Assembly (NCBI RefSeq): GCF_044704955.1
Contig: NC_091993.1
Coordinates: forward strand, 117,490,001-117,554,000
Reading direction: 5' to 3'
DNA length: 64,000 nt
Source: Pristiophorus japonicus
Lineage: Eukaryota
Part shown: piece by piece, positions 25,971 through 37,009 of the stretch
How the letters are laid out: every line of letters begins with the position of its first letter
Numbering within the stretch: the first letter of the stretch is position 1
Made by a program: the position numbers and the translations under genes
The notes under the pieces: model-generated
What the model saw: the letters and a program-made list of their open reading frames with translations, nothing else
What the model was told of the DNA's origin: nothing
The model's database searches: none

Positions 25971-27645
25971 TTTTTTCGGTTCTTCAGTGTTCTTCACTCC
26001 CACCAAAATTTTGCATAAAAACAACGCCGTCTTTCTGCGCCGATATTTTGATGTGAGCTGGTTTTTCTTAAGTCACCAGAATGTTTTTCGGGAGTGGTCA
26101 CATCCGCCAAACGAGGAGAAATTTAAATTGGCCAAACTTACATAATTGTGAAAAACTGGCGCAGACATCAGGTTACACACAAAAAAAACTAACCGAAAAA
26201 AATTGCAACTGAGTTACGCTGGCGCACGTTGATCGGGGAAACTTGTATTTTTTAAACTTAGGCCAGAAAAAACGGCACAAATCACTGAGGAAATTTGAGC
26301 CCATATATTCCGGTGGACCAAACCTAAATGGCTGGATTTAGAAATTGCTGAAGAGGGATGTGAGTGCTAGATTTACAATCCAGCATTGTCCCTTGCCCCC
26401 CCTCCTTGAATATTTTCATCGCCACAAGTTACTGGCTGATTTAAACATTAATAAAGGCCTGCGTTGTTTGCACATCGTTATTTTGTCCGCATGTTCTGAG
26501 CTGCTCTATTTGTCTGCAATATTACAGGAAATAAGACATGTCAGGGTGATTCAATAGCAAGCATAACCTGCTTGCACGCACCTCCCAAGATGTTAACAAC
26601 CATATCTGCAGGCATTGGAACATCCTCCTGGCAGCAATTGTCTGCAGTTCATCAAAGGGACAGGTGTAGAGCTGTGCCTTCTGCTGCAAGGACATCTGCA
26701 GCTAATGTGCAGCATAAAGCTGGCACAGCCAGTGACAGTAATAATAATAACTTTTAATAATAACTTTTATTTATACAGCACCGTCAACGTAGTAAAACGT
26801 CCCAAGGCTCTTCAGAACAATTTTACAACTCGTTAAATATTGACCATTGAGGGAAAGAGAGAAAAAGCGTGAGAAGGAAGCGTAAAAAGAGGTTAAAGGC
26901 TCGGGTCTGAAGCGGCAGCCAAAATGTGCACGCAGATAGACACAGGCGGAAAAATGAAAAAAAAATTCAAATTACATTGTCAATAATACAATAAGGAGTA
27001 TACAATAGTAAAATTAGTATAATAAAGATTAATTATAATCAAACAAAATTAAATAATATATAACATAATTATAAATTGTTAAAAGCAGAAAATCAGCAAT
27101 TGAAGCAAATTAAATCAGTTATTAGCTGTCTTTAAGGTTCATTCCCTGAATGGCCAGCTATGATCCCAATTCTGGAGGAACATGACGGGTGGAATTGTCT
27201 GAGAGCCCATGCCACCATCCATTAATGTTAATAAACAGGATATTGTGGCTGGTGCACCCTGTGGTATTCAAGGTCCTGCTGGTGGTTTGGGGGCAGCTGC
27301 CCATTAAGCACAACTCCTGGGAAGGACTTGGATGGAAATCCCAGGGTCATGCTCATCTACATATTGTGGGCAGTTCCCTGGACCAATCCACGGCAAATGG
27401 GACGTATATCCTACTGGGGGGAGGAATATTGAAGCAAATGTTTGCCACAGAGAAACGGACATATAGAAAGCGGCTGAGTGCATGTCTACCAGGATGTGGT
27501 TCTGACACAGACATATCACTTCACAGGGTCTCCGACTGCTTGGCCAGATATTCTTCATGCTGTTAATAAGCACTGCATTAACTACTTCATCTGTCAATCT
27601 AATTTACATACCCAGCACTCTGTGGGAAGAGGCGGTGATTGAATT

Positions 27646-27756
27646 TTCCTTGTGTTCGAGCTCTCCCCACAATTCCCTGTGTTCTAGCTCACCACACAAT
27701 TCCCTGTGTTCTAGCTCTCCCCACAATTCCCTGTGTTCTAGCTCTCCCCACAATTC
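27646..27756. repeat. 27-bp minisatellite, 4 copies (TTCCCTGTGTTCTAGCTCTCCCCACAA)
   Basis: Directly visible. Translates as the SLCSSSPHN repeat in the ORF track. Confidence 0.95.
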
Positions 27757-27904
27757 AGCATAAACTCCTCGCTTGGGTCGCCATTATCCATTCCTCCTTA
27801 CATTTTAACTCTCTTGTTTCCAGAATGTTCTATCCTTTGACAACAATTAGATTAGTTCAGTTTGTTAAATATAACTGAGACTATTTCAAGGTCCTGGAGA
27901 TTAG

Positions 27905-28063
27905 ATCTCCATCAGCTGGCATTTGTGGTTTCATGACCTGTTTCCTGCTAACTACTTTCTCATTTAAATTCCTCCTATCATGTATGTTAGATTTATTTCG
28001 ATGTGAGAGCTAAGAGCTGGGTGACTGGCGACAAGTGCTGACCTGAACTTTGCAAAGAAAACG
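27905..28063 (+). promoter_or_regulatory. Candidate proximal promoter/5'UTR of the receptor gene
   Basis: E-box CAGCTG (27913), RUNX site TGTGGTT (27924) and ETS core TTCCTG (27942) clustered 120-150 nt before the ATG. No clear TATA box. Confidence 0.4.
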
Positions 28064-28100
28064 ATGTGGATTCTGATTCTTCTCATGTGTTCCCGGCCCG
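28064..28100 (+). CDS. Exon 1 (signal peptide, MWILILLMCSRP) of CD300/pIgR-like (MDIR-type) Ig receptor
   Basis: ATG at 28064, hydrophobic run, strong donor G|GTGAGT at 28101, phase 1. Splices in frame to exon 2 to give MWILILLMCSRPVSGA-LWA. Confidence 0.85.
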
Positions 28101-28859
28101 GTGAGTGACATTCAGAGCGGGATATTCAGATAATCAGTGTTAGTTTGAGTCTAGTGTACGGTTCATGCAGCAGCGATGTTTAAATACTTGTAGACATGTA
28201 AAGGCACAAGATACTCAGCAAAAATATACAATGTATAATATTTGTGTGAAGTCTTGTAATCTCTTTTTGACTGCACTATATTGTACCACACACATATTTA
28301 CCAATATATACTAAACTGCATTATTTATTGTGAATGGAAAATAAAGGGTGCATTTAATTTTTTTTAAAGCTACACGAGTAACATAATCAAGATGCAAAGG
28401 ACACCCATTTTAATCTGTAAAAAGTGATTTTTACTGTAGTCTGATGTCCAATATACACTGAAGACTGCAGTGGTAATAATCCCTCACACAGAACATGTCT
28501 GGAGCTTGCAATTGTTTCTGTTATTTAAAGTACAGCTGATGAAGTATTGCTTTATGAGGCTCTGTCAGTGACACTGTTTCTCACTGCTAGAGGCTGGGTC
28601 TATATTAAGCAACCATTTCCTTCTCACTCTTTAACTCGAAACAAGTAAATTTAGCTTTTTCACTCCCGCCCCATATTAACCTAACGGTATTATGCTATAA
28701 TGGAAGATTGGATTAATACTGCCACCTCTCCTCCATTTATGACGAATCTTTATTCCCAGCAATGCTGAACTCCCAGTCTCACCCTACCCTAAGCCACGAC
28801 AGTTAATTCTATTGCATCAAACCTCCCCATGAAGATTTGTGTCTCCAGCTTACCAATTT

Positions 28860-29250
28860 TACGCAGAATACTTTATGAACTTCTGTACATGCAACTGACG
28901 CGAGCCTCTGTCTGTTTGGCATCTTCCTCTTTTCAGTCCTTCCTCTTTCTGATCTGATCTCATTTACCTCCCCGATTCCACCTTTTATCTTTCCTATCTC
29001 CTTTTCCCTATCAGCTCTTCTCTCTGCCTCTTCACATTTTTAACCTCCCTCCGCCATTTTAGTGTAAACTCTTTCCCCACAGCACGAGCTGCTCTCCCAG
29101 CAAGGACATTGGTCTAATAACTGTTCAACTAAAGTCCCCCCGTTCTTAACAGGCCGCTCCTCTTCCAGAACTGGCCCCAATGTGCCAGGAATCTGAACCC
29201 TTTTCTTCCAAACCATCTCTCTAGACAAAGAATCACGTCCCTTATCTCAT
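28860..29250 (-). mobile_element. Decayed CR1 ORF1/ORF2 junction fragment in intron 1
   Basis: Reverse strand resembles the GFRFLGHW...LYK region and ORF2 start of the other CR1 copies. Confidence 0.55.
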
Positions 29251-29254
29251 TATT

Positions 29255-32200
29255 TTCTCTCTCTCTCTCTCTCCCCCCCCGCCCCACCACTATTCTCTCT
29301 CCCCACGATGTCTCTCTCTCTCACTCTCCCTTCTCCCACTCTCCCTCCCTTCCCCACCATCTCTCGCTCTCTCACCCCTCCCCCACTCTCTCTCTCTCAA
29401 CCCCACCCTTCTTCTCTTTCTCCCTTCCACCCTCTCCTCTTTCTCTCTCCTCCCCGTCTCTCTCTCTCCCCCTTAGTCTCTCTCTGTCTTCCCCTGTCTC
29501 TCGTTTGCCCTATCTCTCTGTCTCTGTCTCATCCGTCCCTCTCTCTCTCTCCCCCCGACCCCGTCTCTCTCCACCTCATCCCTCCCCCGCTTCTCGCTCT
29601 CTCTCCCCAGTCTCTCTCTCACTCTGCCATCCTCCCTCATCTCTCTCTCTCCCTCTCTCTCTCCCACCAGTCTCTCTCTTGCCCGGTCTCTCTCTTACCC
29701 CCATCTCATTCTCTCTTCGCACCCCCCCATCATTCGCTCTCTTCTCCCCCCATCTCTCTCTCTCTCACTAACTCATCTCTCTCTCTCCCCGCCCCATCCT
29801 CCACCCACGTATCTCTCTCTGTTTGCCCTCAATCTCTCTCTCCCCCCTTTCATCTCTCTGTCCGCCCCTCTCAATCTCGCTCCCCTGCCCCTCCTCTCTC
29901 GCTCCCCCTTCCTCCTCTCATCTCTCTTTCCGCCCAATCTCCCCCCCCGCCCCCTCTGCCTCTTTCTCTCTCTTCTCCCCCTCCTCTCTCACTCTCTCTC
30001 CCTCCCTCTACTGTCCCTGTTCCCCGTTTCTCTGTCTCTCTCGCCCCCTCTCTCTCTCTTCCCCCCTCTCTTATCTCTCTCACCCCGTGGCTCTATCTCT
30101 CCCATCTCTCTCCCCCCTTTTCTCTCTCCCCTCTCTCTCACCACCCCCCCCCCCAAGTCTTGCTCCTCCCAGTCTCTCTATCTCTCCTTCCAGTCTCTCT
30201 CTTCCCCACCCCCCCATCTCTCTCTTTCACCCCCCTTCTCCCTCTCTCTATCTTTCCCCCCCATCTTTCTCTCTTCCCCCATCTTTCTCTCTTCCCCCCA
30301 TCTTTCTCTCTTCCCCCATCTCTCTCTCCCCTCCATGTCTCTCTCTCTCTCTCTTACCCCCCCACTTTTCGCTTCCCCCATCTCTCTCTCTTCCTCCCTG
30401 ACTCTCTCTCTCTCTCTCTCTCACACCGCTCCACCCCCCAGTCTCTCTCTCTCTTTCTCTGCTCCCAGTCTCTCTCCCCCTGCTCGCATATCTCTCTCTC
30501 GCCCCCTTTCATTTTACTCGACCCCCCCCTTGCTCTTCCCCTACCCCAACCCCGCCAATCTCTCTCTCCCCCCCGTCTCTCTCTCCCCCTTCCCTGCTCC
30601 CTCTCTCTCTCTCCCTCACCCCAGTCTCTCTCGTCCATGGGTTTCTCTCTTTCTTCCCCCCCATCTCTTTCTTTCCCCCCGTCTCTCTCTCTTCTCCCTC
30701 CCCCTGTCTCTCTCTCTCTCTTCCCCCCTGTCTCCCTCTCTCTTAGACCCCCGTCTCTCTCTCACCCGATCCCCCCCAGTCCCTCTCTCCCCCCCATGTC
30801 TCTCTCTTCACCCCATCTTTCTCTCCCCCCCGCCACCCCCCGTCTTTTACTTCCCCACCCACCGCTCCCCACCGGTCTCCCTCTCCCTCTGTCCCCAGTC
30901 TCTCTCTCTCCCTGCTGTCATATTCTCGCTCCCTCCCTTTCATTTTACTCAACCCCCTCCCCCCGCCGTGTCTTGCTCCCCCCAGTCTCTCTATCTCTCT
31001 TCCCCCCCCATCTCCCTCTCCCCATCATCTCTTTGTCTCTGCCCCACGTCTCTCTCTGTCTCTCTCCCCCTTCTCCTCTCTCTTCCCCGTTTATCTATCT
31101 GTCCCCGCAGACTCTACCAACCCCCCATGTCTCTCTCCCCCACCACCCCCCCCACTGAGGTGAATGATCAGCCATGATCTTATTGAATGGTGGTGCAGGC
31201 TCAAAGGGCCGAATGGCCTACTCCTGCACCTATTTTCTTTGTTTCTATATTTCCACTCTCTTTCTCCCCCCCCCCCCCCCCCCCACATCTCACTGTCTCT
31301 GATCCGTGTGTCTCTGGCTCTTCCCGCTTCTCCACACTCTCTCCCCACATTCTCCTCTCTCTCTAACTTGCCTCCATGTCTCTCTTCTCACCGTCTATCT
31401 CTACCCCCCCACCCCCCCGCCCCGTCTCTCTCTCAATTCCAACCCCCCAGATCTCTCTCTCTTCCCCCCTCCCCTGTCTATCCCTATCTCACCCCCACCC
31501 AGTCTCTCTCTTCCCCGCCGGCCCTCGCTCTCCCCCCGCTCTTTCTCTTCCCCCTCTCATCTCTCTCTCCACCCTCTCCCCCCGACTCCCTCTCTCTCTC
31601 TACCACTCCTTTCTCACTCTCTCTCCCTTCATCTACTCTTTCTGTCCGCCCTGCTTCTCTGTCTCTCTCTCCCCCCTCCTCTCTCTCTCTCTTCCCCCCT
31701 CTCTTATTTCCCACCTTTCCCTTTGTGTGTCTCTCTCTCACCCTTCTCTCTCCCCCCTTTCCTCTTTCTCTCCCCTACCCATATCTTTCTCCACCGTCTC
31801 TCTTTCTCTCTTCCCCTGTCTCTCTCTCCCCCTTGTCTCTCTCCCCTGTCTCTCTCTCTCTTACTCTCTCTCCCCCTCTCCTATCTCTCTCCCCCTTTCT
31901 CTCTTGCCCCTCTCCTCTTTCTTTCTCCCCCCCACCCCGTGTCTTGCACCCCCCAATCTCTCTATCTCTCTCTTCCCCCATCTCTCTGCCCCATGTCTCT
32001 CTCTCTCTCCCCTGTCTCTCTATCACGCCCCCGAATCTCTCTCTTCGCCCCCACCCCGTGTCTCACTCGTTCTCTTCCCCCCATCTTTCCCTTTTCCCCA
32101 CATCTCTCTCTCTTTCCCCCGTGTCTCTTGCTCTCTTGCCCCCCGCCTAACCTGGTGTCTCCCCTCTCATATCTAGTTCACACTCACCCCCTCTCACCTA

Positions 32201-32585
32201 TCTCTCTCCCTCCCTTTCATTTCTCTCTCCCCCCTTCTCTCTCTCTCTCTCCCACCCGTCGCCCTCTCTCCCGCCCGTCTCTCACTCTCTCTCTCCCTCT
32301 CCCCTTCTCTCTCTCGCCCCAGTCTCTCTGTCTCACCACCGTGTTTCTCTCTCTTCCCCCCTCGTCTCTCACTCTCTCTTCCCCCCCATCTCTCTCTCAA
32401 ACCCCCTCTCCGTCTCTCTCTCTCTCTCTCTCTCTCTCCCATCCCCCGTCTCCCTCTCTCTCTCTCCGCTCCTCCCCTCCGTCTCCCCTCTATCCCCCAT
32501 CTGCCATTTCTCTCTCTTCCCCCCTCTCTTCTCTCCCCACCCCCCCCCAACCACCCCCTCCCCCCGCCCCGTCTCTCTCTCTCCC
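29255..32585. repeat. C/T-rich low-complexity tract, left part
   Basis: Degenerate (TC)n/Cn blocks, strongly purine-depleted on the + strand. Confidence 0.95.
31155..31250 (+). mobile_element. Isolated CR1 3'-tail insertion within the C/T tract
   Basis: gatcagccatgatcttattgaatggtggtgcaggctc...ctactcctgcacctattttc matches the CR1 3' ends elsewhere in the window. Confidence 0.85.
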
Positions 32586-35500
32586 TGTAATGTATATAAT
32601 GACTCAAAATACTTGTTACTCTAAACTCACTCGGGTACAAACCTGGTTCAGCTTTATTTGCACCCAAAGTGCCACATGACATGATACTCGCCCTTATGTA
32701 CCAGGGACCATGCACACGCGCACACAGCCCGATGACCTCCAACAGTGGCACCCCCTGGTGTCTGGTGACCCCAAGTATCAATACGTAACAACATCCCCTT
32801 CAAGATCTTAGTATCAGTCTCTTTACAAATTAAGACGGACTGGGGCTCTTCGCTCATGAGTTGATCACCTCAGTTCAACTCCAGTTCTGGGCAAGCGTTC
32901 TGAGACAGTTATGACTGGAGGCTGAGTAATTAATCTGATGGGAGCGGTAATGACCCTATCAGAGACTGAAAGTCCAGATACAGTCAGTAATGACAGTAGA
33001 GACTTCTGATAAATGAATATTGGTTGGTTGCTCACTGACTGCATCTTCCTCAACTGGTTCCGGTTCATCCGTGTGCCGCAGTTTTATCTGATCAACATGT
33101 TTCCTGCATGTTTGCCCATTCTTGAGCATGAAATAAACACTCTGTTACCCTCCTTGGCCGTAACAGTACCGGTGATCCATTTTGGACCATGACCATAATT
33201 CAGCACGTCAACTGGATCGTTGACAGAGATGTCATGTGACACAGCAGCAAGGTCATGATACCATTGCTGATTTTGCCGTCTATTTTCAACATGATCATTC
33301 AAATCAGGATGGACAAGAGAAAGCTTGGTCTTCAGACTTCTCTTCATCAGTAGTTCAGCATGTGAGGTAAGCGCGTGAGGTCTTGTCCTGTAACTAAGCA
33401 ATATACGTGACAAATGAGTCTGCAGTGAATCCTGAGTCACACATTTCATGCTTTGCTTGATCATTTGAACTGCACGCTCTGCTCGACCATTAGACGAAGG
33501 TTTGAATGGAGCAGACCTTTCATGTCTGATACCATTGAGTTTCATGAACTCCTGAAACTCAAGACGTGTGAAGCGAGATCCGTTATCGCTCACAACAATG
33601 TCAGGCAAACCATGAATAGCAAACATGACACGAAGGCTCTCAATAGTAGCTGTGGACATACTGGATGACATGATAATACACTCTATCCACTTCGAATATG
33701 CATCCACCAGAACAAAAATCATCTTTCCCTGGAAAGGGTCCGCAAAATCGATGTGTATCCTCGACCATGGTTTAAGTACTGCTGGTACTTTACTTAGCTG
33801 CATGCACGTATTGCACTGATGCACACATGATTCCAGATCAGAGTCAATTCCAGGCCACCAAACATGAGCCCTGGCAATGGCTTTCATCATGACTATGTAG
33901 TTCATGTACAAATTTTTCTCTGCCTTTCTTAGGCATAACAACACGATTGCCCCACAGTAGACAATCTGACTGAATGGATAGTTCACCTTTGCGACGGTTG
34001 TAAGGTTTGGTCTCATCACACATTTCCATAGGTATTGCAGACCAATCACCATTGAGGACACAATGTTTCACAACCAATAAAATAGGATCATGGCTGGTCC
34101 AGATCCTCACTTGTTGAGCAGTGACAGGAGTTCCTTCACTCTCAAAAGCATCCATTACCAACAGGAGATCTGCAGGTTGAGGCGTCTCCACTTGAAGTGT
34201 GAGCAACAGCAGACGACTCAGTGTATCGGCACAGTTCTCAGTGCCAGGTCTATGATGAATAACATAATCATAGGCAGACAATGTCAACGCCCACCTCTGG
34301 ATACAGGACGATGCATTGGTGTTAATACATTTGTTTTCCGAAAACAATGAAATGAGTGGCTTGTGATCCGTTTTGAGTTCAAAACGAAGACCAAGCAGGT
34401 ACTGATACATCTTTTTGACCCCATACACACAGGCCAAAGCTTTTTCTACCATGCAGTAAGCTCTTTCTGCCTTTGACAAACTTTTTGAAGCATACACAAC
34501 AAGTTGTAGCTTACCTGACTCATTTGCTTTTTGTAGTACACAGCCAACCCCATATGATAAAGCATCACCGGCCAATACAAGACGCTTACACGGATCATAG
34601 TGAACAAGCAGCTTGTTCGAACAGAGCAAATTCTTGGCTTTCTCAAAAGCTCTATCTTGAGATACACCCCAGGCCCAGTTGTCACCTTTTCTGAGCAGCA
34701 TGTGCAGTGGCTCTAATAAAGTGCTCAATCTGGGTAAGAAATTACCGAAGTAGTTGAGTAGTCCAAGGAATGAACGCAGCTCTGTCACATTCTGAGGTCT
34801 GGGTGCATTTTTGATGGCCTTGGTTTTCGAATCAGTAGGTCTGATGCCATCAGCAGCAATTTTCCTCCCCAGGAATTCAACTTCAGGTGCCATGAAGACA
34901 CACTTTGAACGTTTCAGCCTGAGTGCCACTTTGTCCAGACGATGTAGGGCTTCTTCAAGATTGTTCAGATGTTCAGCAGTATCGCGACCCATGACCAGAA
35001 TGTCATCTTGAAACACGACGGTTCTAGGAATGGACTTCAGTAGACTCTCCATGTTCCTCTGAAATATGGTTGCAGCCGAACGGATTGCAAAAGGACACCT
35101 GTTGTAGACAACAAGTCCTTCATGGGTGTTGATGCAGATGATGCAGTTTCTTTGAAGTGTCGACAAGCTCCTGCGTCATATAGGCCAGCATCAGATCCAG
35201 TTTCGTGAATGACTTTCCACCAGCTAGCGTGGCGAACAGGTCATCAGCCTTTGGTAGCGGATACTGATCCTGTTTCGGAAATTGGTTAATCGTAACCTTG
35301 TAGTCTCCACAGATTCTGACAGTGCCATCACTCTTTAACACATAAACAATAGGATTGGCCCATTTGTTAAATTCGACCTGCGATATGACCCCTTCATGTT
35401 GGAGTCTGTTAAGCTCAATTTCGACCTTCCCCCTCATCATGTACAGAACAGACTGAGCTTTATGATAGACAGGTCTTGCATCAGAATCCAGGTGAATCTG

Positions 35501-37009
35501 CACCTTGGCTCCAGTAAAATTGCCAATGCCCTGTTCAAACAAAGAAGGAAACTTCTTCAGCACTTGAGCACACCAAGTGTCATCCACACTTTGATATCAT
35601 TCCAGATCCACTTGATTTTCTCAAGGCAATTCCTGCCGAACAGCGTTGGACCATTGTCTGGGACGATCCATAATGGTAAGTCGTGAACCACACCATCATA
35701 CGACACCTTGACTATGCACTGCATATGAGTTCCTTAGTGTAGGTACGCAACTTGGCATTGACTGGACTCAGCTTAGGCTTCACAGCCTCAGTGCCCCACA
35801 GCTTGTCGAATGTTCTTTGGCTCATTATCGACTGACTCGCACCCATGTCCAGCTCCATTGCTACAGGCACGCCATTAGCTTAACATTAACGATTATCGGC
35901 TGGCTCTTTCCCAAGGATGAAAACAGACCATACACTTCCTCCTCGGCTTGTGTATCCGAACCAGCACTGGACTGGTCATCATCAGCAATGTGATTAGCGG
36001 CACCACGTCTGCTTAGTTCTCTGAAGATGCCCCATTTTTGAACAGCCTTTCCAGATGTACTGTTTAAACTGACACTGATGAGGCCGATGATTGCCCCCAC
36101 AACGCCAACAGGGTGAAATCGGATTCGTACCAGTTGGCTGACTTTGAGCAGCTACAGGTTTCACATAAGCAGTCGAATAGGCCCTGCCATAAGCAGCTCT
36201 GTCAGACGACGACACAATCTTGTTTACAGTACTTGCCGTGGAGCTCCAACTCTTCAATGATATCTGCCTTAAATTATCATCAGTTGCCATTCATGCCTGG
36301 GCAGTCGTGATGGCCTTGCTCAAATCCAGCGTTTCTGCAGCCAATATTTTCCGAAGGATCACACCATGGTTGATGCCTATCACAAAGAAATCTCACAGCT
36401 TGTTTTCCAACACGTTTCCGAATTTACACGCCTCAGCGAGACGTCTTAGATTGGCGACGAATCCCGACACATCCAGACCCTCATCACGAACATGTGGGTA
36501 GAAGCGATAGCGTGAGATGATGATCCCCTCTTTTGGCTTTAGATGTTCACACACCAGAGCGCACAAATCCCCATACTCTTTGTCCGTTGGACGTGCAGGC
36601 GAGAAGATTCTTTGAGGTCATAAATTTTTGGACCACAAACGGTGAGGAAAACTGCCCTGCGCCTAACTGCGTCACCAGCTTCCTCCATTTTGTTGGCCAC
36701 GAAATACTGATCCAGGCAGTCGATAGAATCCGCCTAATCCTCACCATCCACGAATCTCTCCAGAATTCCAATGGTACCCATTGTGCATGCGAAGATTCTT
36801 AAATTATCTCGTCGCCAAATGTAATGTATATAATGACTCAAAAGAGTTGTTACTGTAAACTCACTCAGATGCAAACTTGGTTCAACTTTATTCGCGCCCA
36901 AAGTGCCACATGACATGGTAATCACTCTTATACACCAGGGCTTGCGCATATGCGCATACAGCCCGATGACCTCCGACAGTAGCGCCCCCTGGTGCCTGGT
37001 GACATAACA
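32586..37009 (-). mobile_element. Full-length degenerate Gypsy (Mag-like) LTR retrotransposon
   Basis: LTRs at 32586-32790 and 36820-37009 (TG...CA), 5-bp TSD CTCCC on both sides, PBS TGGCGACGAG next to the 5' LTR, PPT GAAGGGGATGT. Gag zinc knuckle CWRCGGNHRPHQC, protease remnant ELDMGA, RT FQDD, RNase H, integrase (IHIDFA, VSDNG, SNGRAER). Frameshifts and stops throughout. Confidence 0.95.

Noticed and set aside
27646-27756. CRISPR-like appearance of the 27-bp repeats
   Set aside because: The repeats are contiguous with no spacers and the context is eukaryotic, so this is a minisatellite.
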